This document shows positions 26,997-42,029 of a DNA stretch of 64,000 bases, piece by piece (the first letter of the stretch is position 1; every line of letters starts with the position of its first letter). The notes beneath the pieces are model-generated. The model ran no database searches, was not told where the DNA came from, and saw only the letters and a program-made list of their open reading frames with translations. The position numbers and the translations under genes are program-made. Source of the DNA: Paraphysomonas bandaiensis (lineage: Eukaryota > Protista > Chrysophyceae); the NCBI GenBank assembly GCA_965644295.1, contig CBFFRP010000380.1, positions 186,001-250,000 on the forward strand, given 5' to 3'.

Positions 26997-27673
26997 ATTC
27001 TAGATAACGCACAGTATATCAGTATACTGCATTTTTGTAATGATTTCGAAGCACACTTATCGTAAGACCTAGAATGGATGAATGTACGGTATAATGTTGG
27101 CAGCTGTAGTGCTAAGCCATACTAATAACTGAATTTAATCAGATCTCTTGTACGAATAGGTATGAATAATATGTGCTGACGTACTGGTAGCTGGTAGCTG
27201 GCATTATAGTTTTAAGAGTAGCAAAGGGAGCATGTTGACTCACCTTTTTCGTCATGCAAATAATAATGAAGTATTGAAAATATGGTATTAAAAGATGTAG
27301 TTCTAATATATACAAGTGATGTATACTTTTAGTGGAACAAAAACACCAATTCTTGCTGTCTACCGAATAGTTGTGTTATGTATGATATATTCTGTACATT
27401 CTGGATTCTGTCTACATGCTGTATATATTTAAGTATATATATCTACCTTGTCCAGGAAATTAACTTGGTAAACGATACAATACGGCACATCAGTTGAATA
27501 TATCGACTACTTAAACCAGTTACAAGGAAGAGACTGTTCTGTACAAGCATAAGCAAGTCATCACATTATCTCCACAGATACCCCAAAGCTAGTATTTGGC
27601 ATGTTAACGTTTTCCAATCACATACTCACGTACGCTCTACAGTTATTAATCGCGTCCATACAACTGGATGTGC

Positions 27674-30600
27674 TTATTTCTTCTCATTAGACAGTTGATG
27701 GAATTGCTCAATCAACTCTGAGAGAGGTATGCAGCCTCGAACCTCGTTGTCTCTGGTACGCACACTCACGCTCTCTGCATGGAAACACATCAGTATATAG
27801 TACTAGCATTCGTCATTACTTGAGGCGTTGGCGGTTAAGAGAGTCACTCAACTCATAGAGGCCACTAATGCATGGGAACATATAACAAGACGTACCTGAT
27901 GTGGCCTCTTGCTCTCCAACTACCAAAATGAAGTTGTATTGCGCCAATTGCGCTTCACGAACCTAAACAGTCACCACCACGTGAGATCACTTACTCATTC
28001 ACAACGATCAAGATCACATATCAGGTCTATTTTCATGAAATAAAGTAGAATTACCTTCTTATTCAGCGTGCGGCTGGAGTCATCTACGTCCACATAGAAA
28101 TGGGCATCATGAATACGACGTTGTACCTGTGACATAACGTCACATTTCGCCATACATAGTAGCAAGTTTTCATGGTAAAAATAGTGTCGGAATACACACA
28201 GCAACAGTCCTATTCGCCCTCCAACTACAAAATAAATACCCTACCTCAGCAGCATAGCCAGCAAACTTGGGATCAACTGGAATTACAATAGCCTGTCGGG
28301 GAGACAACCAGAACGGCCATTTCCCACCCCAGTGTTCCATTAACACAGCGGCCATTCTTTCTACACTGCCAAGCATTGCGCGATGCACCATAACTGGTCT
28401 CTGGAAAGACTCCTCCGAGTTGTCGATCGCACTCTTGTACTGCAGATCGAATCGAATAGGGAGTTGGAAATCAAGCTGGACTGTAGCGCACTGATGGATA
28501 CGCTCCATGGCATCATAAACTTTGATATCAATCTTCGGCCCGTAAAATGCCCCATCACCAGCATTAATCTTCCACTTCCCCTCTCCTACGCAGATACATA
28601 TGAACAAGAATTATACCAGATAATCGAAACTCACCTGCGAACTCATTCAATGCAAGGGCCAATTGAGCTTCCGCAGTATCCCACAACGCGTGATCTCCAA
28701 GTGCCTTGGCAGGCCTGGTGGAAAGTTCAAGAGTATAACTCATACCGAAGACCGTGTAGACATGTCTCATGAAGTCCAAAGCACCAATGACCTCGTCCTT
28801 GATTTGATCTTGGCGACAGAAGATATGTGCGTCGTCTTGTTGAAATCGTCGAACACGAGTGAGCCCAGTCAATGCACCACTGACCTCATTTCTGAAAAAT
28901 ATAACAGCAGTTAGCCTTATCGCAAACATATAGCATGCTACTGTAAATAACATGGCACTTGACTGCATTCACTTGACCATAAGTACACTTTCAAGTTACC
29001 TGTGGAGCACACCGAAATCAGCAATGCGAAGAGGAAGCTCACGGTAGGATCGTAGCCTATGAGCGAACAACAAACAGTGACCGGGGCAGTTCATAGGTTT
29101 CATGCCCCATTCCTGTTAGCGTTAGGTGAGTTCATGTAGTCAAAAGTAGTACTACTTGGTCAATATAATCAGCAGCCAAGACAGTGGTACCCTACCTGTC
29201 CCTCCACTTCAAATACAAACATATTCTCCTTGTAGTGCTGGGCGTGGCCGCTGGTCTCCCATAAATTGAGGTTGAATACGTTAGGAGTAATAACCTATGC
29301 ATAGAAATGATAATGTAAACGATCCGAAACTGTCAATCGTAAACAACTCCATCAATAACAAATGAAATATGGGCAAACATCAGCATTTACAGTCCTTCAT
29401 GTATATCAATGAACAACCTCTTGATAGCCGCGCTTCCAATACTCATCCTTGATAAATGATATCAACTTGTTATACACCCGCGCGCCATGAGGCATCCAAA
29501 AACAGCTTCCAGGTGATAGCTACAGCAGCAAAAAATAGTCAGTTCGAGTTAGGAAACATACTGCAGTGACTATTTATATTGTAATTATGTCTTCCGTATC
29601 GAATACAACCACGCATATCGAACCTGATGGAAGAAAAACAGCTCTTGTTTGTTACCAAGATTTCGGTGGTCTCGTTGTTTAGCCTTTGTTACACGAACAC
29701 ACAACGTTACAGAGTTTCTCAAGTCAATACATGGCAATCACGTAGGTATATTGCACCTGTTCTTGAAATTCCTTCCATTGCTTCAACAGCGCCTTATCTG
29801 GAAATGCCACACCGTAAACTCTCTGAAGGGGGTCGTTATTCACCTGGCCAAGCCAGTTGGTAGAAGAGGTTTTAACTGACGCAAACGCCTTTACACACAC
29901 CACTCGTTAGCTTAAATTTTGGTACTAACAGGAAGCAAATACATATAACTGAGCTCAGGTACCAAGAACGAAAATTGAGACACCATATACCTTAATCTTC
30001 CCGGTGTGGGGAATGTGGGGCCCTTTGCACAGATCGATCAGATCACCGCATTTATAAACCGTGGTCATAGATCCATCAGGGACTTTGTTGGTAATCAAGC
30101 TGACCTACACATATCAATGCAGAAATTAGTCCAGTTACCTGCATAATTCAAGACAAATGTGCATCCGTACATTACAGCTATTACAGATACAAAGCGCGGG
30201 ACTTTAGCAACAGCGGTATATTACTACTCAAGTACAATACGTACCTTGAAAGGATTGGCAGCAAACATCTCGAGTGCCTGTGCTTTGGAAAGCACCAAGC
30301 GCTAGAAACATTGTATATATTAGACAGTTTAAAAAATAAGTGCTTCGCATTCATAAGTGTACACTCGCGAACATGCCACTAGTGACATGGCAAGAGCAAA
30401 CACGTGTGACCCTCATTTACCTGAAAAGGATGCTTCTTCTTGCACACCTCCATCGCCTTAGCATCAATCTTCTTGAGTGTATCATCAGACACTGAGTTAT
30501 CTCCCATATATGCGTCGTAGTAGAAGCCGCTCTAAATAATACGCATAAGAAAACTTGCAAGGACGGCTGTACAGAGTGCACAAAACCTGCAGGGCGGGTC

Positions 30601-31484
30601 CAATCGTCAAATGAGCCCCAAACGTAGACTCTAAGGCAGCACCGAGGACGTGTGCGGATGAGTGCCAGAAGACCTACCCGCACCAATACCAACACACATC
30701 AGGTCGATGATAATTACTAGTATATTTGTGGATAACTCCAGAGTGAGCGCAAACGAAAGGCCACAACAAATATAATATCTACGTATTGTTCATTTCTGAA
30801 GTGAAGCAGCTCTGACTGTACTACTTCACCCATTCATATTCTACTTACCGCTTTCGCCTCAGGGTCATCATACTTCAGCAGTCTGAGCTGGCAATCACCT
30901 ACCAGAGGTCTCGTCAAATCCCAGAGTTCACCATCTTCAATGGGAGCAGACGCTTCTTCATCTTCTTCCTTGTCACAAGCCACTACAGAGTCATGTTCAA
31001 GTCTACGGGTGTATAGGACCTTAGCGATGATCACACTATCCGCAAGGCCCTTGGATATACCCATAGCCACATCGAAAGGAGAAGTCTTGAACGCATGGCC
31101 AGACTTCACGGATCCATCAGGAAGAGTAATGGAAATTTCAATATCTTCATGGGAAGCTTTCTTGGCCTCACTTTCAGCCCAGAATCGGTCAAAGATAGCT
31201 CTTCTTTCGGCAAGAAATTGAGGGTTTTCATTAATCTCGAAGTGGCCTCCAATGTGTCCAGTGTTCTCCATACGCGCTCCACTCTCCTTTGTAGCACGAG
31301 TCTGTGCACGTTTAGATGCAGCTGACGTGGCATCAGCAGTAGAAGTTTTATGATTCACTGTATATTCATTAATATGTTGATATATATATATATATATATA
31401 TGTATGACTGTCACCTTTACTGGACGCTAAATCCAGCACTGCGAAACGATCAGTGCTGCTCACTTTAGTGGATGATGACTTCAT
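27674..31484 (-). CDS. TARS: Threonyl-tRNA synthetase, multi-exon
   Basis: TGS domain ITLPDG/WDLTRPL; DLCKGPH; KPMNCPGHC; [15 protein letters not shown]; GAFYGPKID; [10 protein letters not shown]. An alternative start at 31271 is possible. Confidence 0.93.
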
Positions 31485-32548
31485 TATGAATAAATGCACC
31501 CTACTATTAATGTTGTGTTAGTTAATATGTTTAATTAGCAGTGTATGATGTGGAGAAAATTTATTGTGGTTGAGAGAGCTGTGTGTGTACCTCTGCACCA
31601 TATAGAGAGTACCACGTAATTGTATATAGACCATATGACTATACAGTATAAGGGACTGCTATATGGTGTACTTTTATAGCAGTACATCTGTACTGGTATA
31701 CCTGGTATAATGGTACGAAGTATACAGCAGTGTGGCCCACAACCACCACAAAAACATACCCATAGACTATATATGTTATCCAATCAGAATAGAATATGAC
31801 TAAACAAGACTATATCATTCGATAAAGTTTGGCTGTGGGTGTAACAATGGACAGGCATATGTATGTATAACTGGATATGGATATGAGATGAGATGCATGC
31901 AGATGAGGAAGATATTATCCATATTACATGACGATACCTGACCTATACCAGTAAGTATATTGATTATATGGAAAAGAAATGTTAGATTTCTTTCAAGCTG
32001 GTGCGGTATAGGAGTTCAATAGATACGACTGCTGTTATTAATGAACACATGATTGTAAAAAGTGTTGAGTTATTCACATATTTGATGTCATCAACGGAGC
32101 ATATGAGTGAATTTCATCAAGGATTACAATTTCCTGTATAATAGCCAAGATATATGCTTTCTGCTGGACATCTGTCACCTGGGAGTATTGTGGTTATTCG
32201 TGAAGATTCACGAATACGACTTTCACAACCTATATATGAATGACGTGAAAATCGACGAAAATATAAGAGATATCATTATTCACAGGTGCTTCAATGAATT
32301 TTTTAAATATTAGTTCTTGAGGTATGTCAACTATAATCAACTCTTATCATTTTTCATATTGAATAATATAGTGAGCTGAAGCACTGAAACACATAGTCAT
32401 CGACGTGCGGGTCAAAGCTTTTAGTTAAAGATGCCAAGAAAACTACTATCAACGGAAGAAATATATTGTTATCTAATAATCACGAAGCACCACTAATTAG
32501 CTTCTTAGTTCTCCAACACAATATACGATCCCCATACATGATTAAGAG

Positions 32549-32866
32549 CAGGATTCGGTAACAATATATAGTATTGCAATATATTGTAGGGTTCGGTAAC
32601 AAAATATAGTATTGCAATATATTGTAAAATGTATTGATTGGTGAACTGGTCAAGAAGTAGTGCGTTTGACTATCATGTGACCTTATAATGACAAGTACTA
32701 ATAACTGAATCCAAGGATATGTTTACTTGCTGATTAATGATACTAATATAATGCAATACATTGCAATTGTATTGTTGTATTGTTGGGCCGGTTCGAAAAC
32801 TCTATCAATACTATTCATGGAACGCTATCTAACAATAGTATTGCAATATATATTTCCGTTTCCCTG
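32549..32866. mobile_element. 318-bp hAT-like MITE
   Basis: Perfect 8-bp TSD attaagag (32541-32548 and 32867-32874); CAGG...CCCTG ends; repeated subterminal motif agtattgcaata. Confidence 0.75.
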
Positions 32867-33428
32867 ATTAAGAGGAGATAGGAGTATGACTGAAATCAGC
32901 ACATATTCTTGGTGCTATAAGTGCTGCTCGGCAAAGTTAATAGCGAGCACTAAAGTATATGGCTAAACTGAAAGGGACGAAGTTACTAGCACAACCAAAA
33001 CTATTAAGTCATAGCGCATTCATAGCATTCAACAAACAACAAACCCATTGTAGTTACCATTTTTATTTTAGATATTTCTAAGCCAATACTTTTATTTTAG
33101 GAATATTATTTAATGTCTAGTAAATTTACATGTATAAGTTATTTGTTTAGATTGCTACATACTTTCATATGCTTGATGTTTTTCGTATGTATGTTAACAT
33201 GCTACAAACTACGAAGGGGTAACGGAACACGGAACCACACAACAATAGCTGGCTCACTATATTCTATGTACGACTAAGTGGAAATTATACTTTTCCTTTG
33301 TGTAATAGATTATTCAAAGTAGGCAAACAATATCAAATATAAGAATTCGACATAGTATAGAGGAGCCAGTGTACTTTAAATTTGATCAAGTGTTGATTAC
33401 TAGTTAACGAAAACAGCCACACGCATAC

Positions 33429-34355
33429 TTAAAAACGCATAGCATGGGGCTTATCGTTGGTGCTGAGGGAGAATTTAGCTTGCAGATAGGCAGGGAGCAT
33501 GTCGATTTTATTCACGTTCGCCAAGAGTTTGTCGTCAACAGCCTTCTGGGCGGCCTTTCTGGCATCTGAAGTAACAGTGCCTCTTCCCTCAACCTCTCCC
33601 TCGGGTCTCTCCTCACGGGCGAAGAAGTCGTCATCGATCTTGGAGACATCCACCCCATCAACAGGGACCTTGGTGGAGGTAGCAATCACATAACGCTGGT
33701 TGGCACGGCGGAGGGGAACACCGTTGAGGGAGTAGGGTCCTTGAAACAACGATTATCGGCAATAATAACAAGTATCATCATAATATTCATTCAAAACAAT
33801 TGTCTTCAGCTCTCATAATCAAATACTCATAGGCATGAAATGACAGACAGCGCTACATTCTTCCGAAGAAGAATTTAAGCACGTCAGGTCAAAACACATG
33901 GTGAGATACTACACTGAAATCGAAAGATTTCAATGTGCAAATTAATGCTACTGATTATATCTCAACAATAAAGCCTCTCAATCAAATTGTAATCATCAGA
34001 CAAAACATTTATGTTCGACAAGTGTGAGTACTCACCAGTAACAAGAAGGAGTCCGGAAGACAAGACCTTCAAGACAACAACTCTCTTGCCACGAAATCTG
34101 CCGGCAAGGAGGATGACGACAGTTCCAGGGGTGATGGAAGCACGAGTCTTAGGGGGGTTTCTGACAGGGGTAGGTCCCTTCTTGGGCACTACATCCTCAG
34201 CAGGGTAGTACTTTCCAACAACACCAGGAGCAGGGCCAGCACCGGTGTATTTGAAAGCAAATTTCTGGACACAAATATCAGCAAAACAGAGAGATGATAA
34301 AATCACTTACTGCTCTAGCAGCTCTAAGCTTAAGTACTTTCTTTCCTCCAGCCAT
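33429..34355 (-). CDS. RPL6: 60S ribosomal protein L6 (eL6), 3 exons
   Basis: [15 protein letters not shown] | [38 protein letters not shown] | [23 protein letters not shown]. Confidence 0.92.
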
Positions 34356-36322
34356 TTTGCTCAACACTTGTCTAATATATTAATTAGGCCCCAGCTATAT
34401 TATATCTCCTCATTGGAAACTATCAGCCTCTGTATCGTTTGGCTGTGAATGCCATGAATTCACAACCCACTAGATCTTGAACCGACAAACTTGAAAACTG
34501 AAATTATTTCTAATGGTAGATATACGTAGTACGGCTGGTAGGAATTCCTACTCCTGTATTCCATGTATAGCAAAGCCATCGTATAGCATGGTATACGGTA
34601 TCAACGAACAGCATACTACTGTATATCGTGTATGCTTGTACTGTCTGTATGCATGAATCCAACGGCAAAGTAAACGATGCATAGCTTACGCCTTTGTGAG
34701 GAGTGCAGACCTTGCATGTTATCTTGGAATAAGTACCATCAAATCATAGCTAGAAATCTAATGAAGGGATGACAATTATTGGAACCTAACATACAATTTA
34801 AGAAACAATGGGTCAGTCAAGTCCCTGCAGTATGCAATCCCACCCAGCTACACCTCATTGCCGCTCTTCTTCCCCCAGTTGAACTCTTTGTCACATAGAA
34901 AATATGAAATCACTTAGCAATCCTCTGAGCTGTTTTACAACTAAGTCTAAGTGCACTCATGTAATGCTGAGGTTGCCTATAGTCAAATGAATTGTCCCGA
35001 TCTTTTCGATCACACGATAGCACTAGCTATTGCACTGCCGGGATGATGTTTGTAGAATAGGGAAACTATCCCCATCGGTAGTCTTAAAAATCATGTTCAA
35101 ATTAATCTAAGGAGCAACTCACCGGCCAACATCAAAAGCACCAAAATAGATATTTACAGTTCTATATGAAGTGAATTCTTTGATGCTTTTAGAAATGAAC
35201 TCAATGATAGAGTGATAATATCTTGTAGTGACGTAAATGCCGTTTAGACCTTATAACTAAGATTATTTTCATGAAGCTATAAAATTGCTTCATTAGCGAT
35301 TGAATTGAATAAATATTGAAATATTGTCTACAATTGAACCTGAAACTGATTCCAATACTACAAAAACTTCAGAAGGATTATAGGAACTGCTGCTTCGAGT
35401 GGAGGTCGTCGAATGTCGAATAAAACTTCACATAAGTAAAATTATGAACATTGAAAGCTAATCTCAAACATGCAGTGGAGGAAAGCTTGGAGAATAACTA
35501 CCATTCGCTACCAAATGAAGCATTAATAGCAAGAATGGAAGAAGTGAATAATGATGTAGAACATAACTGTCACGTGAAACGGAATAATTAGATATGTAAC
35601 TGAATGACTATCATGAATCCTCAACAGATACTATCATTAATTCAGTTTGTGATATATTTCATTGGACAATATAATTCACATATTCTATCTATTGACTATT
35701 GGTCGTTAAGATCGTTAAGAGAAGTTTATTGTAGTCAAACTAGATAGACTCTTTCATTAAATTGCATACACAATTGTGTGTATTGTCATGTAAAACATGT
35801 CAACAACATGATAATTTATTTCGTTCATGTCAACCACTGCTCAACTTCCGTAACTTGAATCGTCATGATACAATACTTCAGTTTCACAGTTATAGCTATA
35901 TATTATCTTTGACTACGTATTACTGGTTTTCACGTTGTATTTAACATATTCTACGTATTCCAAATTCCAACACTATCGTATATTAAGATGGATCTTTATA
36001 TGGAGTGATGCACGGGGTTAAGTGATGTATGTTACTGTACGATGTCGTAGTAGATAAAACGAAAGCAATGCGATCAGTTGGTAAGGAGTATCACTTATTT
36101 TATATGTGGTTATTCCGCAGAGTTCAAATACACAAGTGTCTTGTTTGCATCACACAACTACCGGCTACCACTACATCATTGACCTAACCTTCCAATTGCT
36201 ACCATCTTTAGAATTATTTCATGTCCATTAACCTAAGGTGCGCATTGTGCACTTGTTGTGAAACATACGGATAAAAGATAGTTGACACTTGCAATCATAA
36301 TTCTTTCGCCCTGTTTCCGTCG

Positions 36323-39300
36323 TTAAGAACGGTTGTACTGCAGATCGGTAGCCCAGAGAGACGACACAAAAGTCATAATCATCTTGCTTTTCACCTCAAC
36401 GATATCCTCTGGTGTCAAGAAAACGCAAGCGCCGATCTTACGGGCAATAGAGATTGAGTACTTTGCGTTAGACTCCTGCTCCTCTGGAGTTGAGCCTAAC
36501 ACAAACAGTTAATTTCTACGTCTATTCGTATATACCCAAAATACTGAAGCCAAACTACATAAACTACAATATTTAATAACTACTTCGATCATTGTACCTG
36601 CAGTTACTAACTCCCAGTTCACCGCCCTGGGCTCAATGGCGTTCACCAAATCCAAAAGGAAGACTCCACTCTTGAGGCTCTGATCCTTGAAATTACGCAT
36701 GCTGGAGGATTTACCTATCCAACATTTGTTATGGTAATCGAGGAGATGCATCTTTGAATTCCAAATCACACAGCGAGTGTAGTATACATGATACTACGCG
36801 TCGAGTATAATTAATCGTATTATGCACCTGATGATGCAACCTTACGGTTGGCCCACTGAATAACATGGTCTTCAGTAACCTCTGTCAATCCTTCATGGGT
36901 GGCCAGCTGAGCCAGTACGAGAAGAGTGTACCTATACAAGAATACCATCAATACAATCCATAAACGCCACAAAAATATCAAAAGAACACTCTGTCCATAT
37001 AGCAACACTCACTTTCTCATGAGTTGCCATATGATAGCCAAAATAAGCTTCTTCACTTTATCCACAATATCCAAACCACCTATATTGACCATACTGAATC
37101 CCATTTGTTTGCCAATATCCACCGCGTAATTACAGTTCTCTACTTTCTTGAAGCGAGATTTAGTGTTCTTTGTCACCCTACATATATATACGGTGTAAGA
37201 GTACAGAACTTCATCCACAGTTGGGAAACATATAATCCTCCTTACCTCTTCCACTGTACAATTCCGGGCTGAATGTTGTCTTCCAACATCAGAATTCCAA
37301 TTCCATCATGTAAATCTTCGAACAGATTGTTGATATACAAGTCCGGAATATTGAGGGAATTAATCCACATGCGGAATACCTGAAGTCAGTACCCAATAAG
37401 ATTTGATAAGCTCATAGCACAGACAAAAGAAAGAGTGAAATCGAAAGTGCTAGATTGTATTCATTCGTAGCTATATCATGATTCGCTTTTATTCATAGCA
37501 AGCCCGATAAAAAACACAAAATGTGTTAACATTGCATAAAGACTCACCCTCTCCTCACGAGAATCTCCAGCATCGTCCAACTCGAGTGAGGCGAAGTCAA
37601 ATGTTGAGAGCTCTTCTTCATTTATCTAACAAATACAACATAAAACTACAGGATGCAAACTGTTGCCCCAAGCATATTCCAGAGCTAAGGTAATACACGA
37701 TAAATTTTCCACAGTTAACTCACCGTGAGTCCGGGGCATTGGTTGAACAGCTGTGCAACGAACCCCATGTTAAGTTTCTTGTTTCCATTGCAGATGTCAG
37801 CTGGGTGAATAAAGACAGCTGTTCCAATGGCCACAGCATTGCGAATAACATGTTGCGCCCTCTCAGTGAGATCAGGCTCCGTGCAGAGTGGGCACTGGGA
37901 AGGTGAGAGCTGATTCAGAAGGATGCTGTAGCACTCCGAGTCCTAATGAAAACATTATACTGTAGCACTCCGAGTAAACATTATGACCCAGCATAACGAA
38001 TGTTTGTGAGGACACAGCACAGTATCACATTGCTACGTATAGTAAATATTGAGTGAAAAACAGTACCTTAAGGTCATTTCCGAAATTCGAAACCCGCCTT
38101 GAGGATCCAGCCTTTGCAAGGTGATAGTTGAACCATCTCAGTAAACTGAACAAAATACAGTCATAAATCAGACGAAGGCGTATAACACATCGAAATACAA
38201 TCCATTAAAAACACATGAAGTCACATGCAAACGAATATGGTGTCCACAAGGTATATATCCAAATTCATCAAATGCATTACATGTCTTCAGGGGGAAGCTT
38301 TAGTAAATCAGCCATGTCCTCCCCGTCCTGAAGAAGAAGAACGAGCTCAGGAAAGTTTTTCAATGAAATCTGGGATAAGAGCTGCATTTTGATAATCTGC
38401 CACAACAATCCCAGGATCAGAATAGGCCTGTTCAAAACAGTAGCGTTAGCGGAGTCAAAATCTTGGTTTATATACAAGCTTGTTGGCAGCGTCGCAAGTG
38501 TACAAAGAAATAAATTTTGACAAAACAAAGAGGGAATCGAAAAGCAACAGGTGCCACTATGTTAGCAGCATACCTTCCTTCGATGAGATCCTGAGCACCA
38601 ATGTTTACTACTTGACAGCCAATTCCTTTGGCAGCGTTAAGAGCTAAATTCTGCAGTAAATATAAGCCAACGTGGATTAGTTGAAAGACGTTATTAAACA
38701 AAGCATTACAATCTCGCAAAATATACATACCACATTTTCAGTCTTCTGGTAGACATTTAGAGATTCCTTCTTGTTCAGAGCTCTCTCGTCAATTGTGTCA
38801 GGCACGGCCAGGTTGATGAGTTTGCTGGGATACAATATTAAAGGAAACAGCGAACATTGTAACATAGATTATTACATAGTTACCCATGCAAATAAAGCAG
38901 TGTAAATATAGCGCGACCATCAAATTTATGTACATGTAATTAGCGCGACTTCACTCACCAGAAAATGAGGCCATCCCCAGCTCGCTCAAAAAGCTGGTAG
39001 GAATTCACATCTAGGGGAAGGTGACGAGCCACATGAGGGTCAGACGCTAGGCAGTTGTTAATATGTTCGGAGAAGGCAATCTGAAAAAAAAATATCACAA
39101 TGATAATAAAGTGGGACAACAGATCCACATGTTTAAAATCACGAATAATAGTGGATCGCAAACTACACACTGTGTTACCTTTTCCTCTTCAGAGAACATA
39201 TGAGAGGCCCCACCAGCACCCTCAACCTTCAATAAACCAGTAGTACGTCTCATAGCTTTTCCTAAGATGCTGTCTCCTTTCCCACCACTAGTTCGGAGGC

Positions 39301-39562
39301 GGTGAATATAAGCCACGAAATCAGAAAAGGTAACACTGCCAGTATTACTTGAATCCAACTCATTCATTAGCTGAGGAATATCAGCATCATTGACTGTTTC
39401 ACCACAATTTCTAATAACACCAGCTAATTCATTACCATCAATGGTTCCATCCCCACTGGTGTCAAAGGTTGAGAATTTCTCGCGTAATTGTGCAACTTCA
39501 GCAGGTGTAAAAGCTGTTGCTAAGTCTCCTGTTAATGTATAACTTGCAGAAAATGCAGCCAT
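36323..39562 (-). CDS. Fimbrin/plastin (EF-hands plus CH domains), multi-exon
   Basis: EF-hand [14 protein letters not shown]; FSEHIN; [17 protein letters not shown]; LGLLWQIIK; [14 protein letters not shown]; [12 protein letters not shown]. Confidence 0.92.
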
Positions 39563-40454
39563 TTTGATGAATTCAAATAAAATTTAAGATAGTATCAAAG
39601 TAGAGTTGAGCTATAGCACAGCCTGTAAGTAAATGACTATCCAGTAGTGGTATATGTAGATGCGGGGGGGGGATATTACTACAGTGTATCTGCGTATCAG
39701 TAGCCGGTGCAGTGAGAGTGTGTGTATTTTATCTTCTTTTAGATCAAAATTTTTCCATTCTCATATCACTTCATTATAATTCAGATATAGATTGGCGTAT
39801 CTTAAAGCGACAAACTGAATACACATGATTCATTATGCATACTGCTACGTACAATGGTATCTTTTGGAGTATAGCATAAAAACACGATATTTTTCGAGTC
39901 ACTCTGTATATTTCACCACTTTTCTATTTTTTATAATATTTTTTTAGGTTAAAATTTCGATTTTACAGTACAAATCTAAGCTGCCTCGAAAATACCACTG
40001 TGGTGGAGTGTTTATATCCAGTAGATATAGATATCAAGTGCAAGATATATCCAGACACTCAAGTAGAGACGTGTGGTATCCAGTTCCGACAAACACCACA
40101 TACTATTTGTGAGATATCACTACTCTATGCATATCATTGCATATATATGCTGAGGAAGCATGTAGTTCGATGAATAGTAATATCTTTGTAGTGATACACC
40201 ATCAACAGTACATGTATATATATAGTAATCAATGAGCAAGAAATCAAGACGATATATCGGCTGTTCTCAGTTTGCTGAGAGTTTTAAAACGCGAGGAAGT
40301 GGTATTGAAACCATGATATGGAGTTTCAAATAAGTAAACTTTGAAAGTTTGGAGAAACATCATACTGACTGGTCAGCAAATCATGGACAAATAGGAAACT
40401 GAAACTGAAAAATCCAAGTGTTTCGAATCAATTGTATGAGGAGCTTTCAACAAA

Positions 40455-40790
40455 GATGGACTCACATAATATCGTGGTCTTCTGGGGTATAAGAATCGGG
40501 GTGATTTATTCTATAAAACTACCCTGAGTAAATATTACTTTATCTACTCACAGCCAAAAGCTTGTGAAGTGCAAGGGACACAATAAAGTGCTGTTTGAGT
40601 AACGTCTTTGGGCCTTGACGAATGAACAGACATCTGATAAAGGATCCACCTCAATCACCTCAATAGTTACCGGGAGTTTGGGGCTGCCAACTGATGTCAA
40701 GTATCCGGGAAAACTTCACTTTAAGAACCCAAAATCCTGGAATAAGTACATATAATGTATGTATCAACATTCTGCTTGCTTTAAGTGATT
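40455..40790. repeat. Old dispersed repeat, copy 2 (homologous to ~3840-4240)
   Basis: Same shared blocks as copy 1; decayed translations WALTNEQ / DVKYPG vs WALTNKQ / EVKYPG. Confidence 0.6.
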
Positions 40791-42029
40791 GATGCGGAAT
40801 AAGAGTTCACATTATTTGGCATCTGTGTGGCCAATGACCGAGGTAATACGACAAACTTTCCTCATGGATGGCACTGGTAATGTGATTAGACCAACTGTGT
40901 CTTACCACATGTCCACTACTTTGCCTTGCTTTCTATTGACTTAGTTCTTGGCTATCAAGGCTCTGAGAGTGCTCTTCGAGCAGTGTCAGGTACATTGGTG
41001 TGTTTCATTTTATTTCTTGCTTAGTAGGTTTTCATCCTAGCGGGGACGGTGCAGGGTTTCTTACTAGCGTATGTCACTCGGGAGTAGAGTACAATGTGGA
41101 TGCATGTGCTGGGCACGTGCACACAACATGGAGGGAAGAATTTGTAGCAGATTTCGATAGATGTTTGCTTCATTAGTCAGTGAGACCACTTCGTGACCGT
41201 GGAGGCCCCGGCGCTAGAACTACTCTACTCTCCCCTCCAAACTACCTGCTGCTGTGAACACCAACTTGAAGGGCTCTAAAGATCTGTCGAGGATACGGAC
41301 CGCAAAATATTTGTCAGGATAGATGTTCCTTTAGTACCGCACGAAGTGTTAAGTTGGTTGCGTGGCAACACCCACTTGCGCTTCTTAACAATAAGGCGCT
41401 AATATATACCATATAAGGAAGTGGCAATTGTGTAAAAGTAAATCAGAAGCTACAACAGTATCCACACTCTGCAAAAGAACACTGAAAAATAGCGACTGAG
41501 GATAAAAAGGATTCATGTGATACGATATCGGCATTGTATTCATTATCGTCCTAAAATTCAAACTGATGTATGTTACTACAGAGCATATAAGCCTTCCGTG
41601 GAGAAACGCTGTGTTGCTGATAAGAGGTTGTGATAAATCTGTTGCTCCCCGAACAATTCGACTTAGAATTATAACCTCTCCTATCCGTATACATCTTTTA
41701 CCACTAATCAATGCCTGATACTAATAGGCGTGTAAGAGTCAGAACTAATGTAGTAAAACAATTTAACTAACTAGTGTTTAACTCTGATATCCTACTATTT
41801 AACGCTACGAAAGCTGCTTGTGTCACCAAAAAAGAGAGAGGAGAGGGGATTTCACCCCCTGTACAGTGTTAACCGTGACTATGAAAACTATTAATATACA
41901 CCAACATTGCCCCTATGGTATTACTCTTTATCACTTACAATAATAATGGACATTTAAAGGACACTTTCAAGGACATATTATTTTAATACAAATATATATT
42001 ATTACAATATTGTAACTCACTAGTGAAAT

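Noticed and set aside
33750-34030. Intronic snoRNA in the long RPL6 intron
   Set aside because: C/D-like boxes and an ACA tail can be found, but I could not establish a guide sequence or a convincing structure.
41385-41711. 108-aa ORF just left of the virus
   Set aside because: Non-ATG start, no recognisable motif and no supporting exons.
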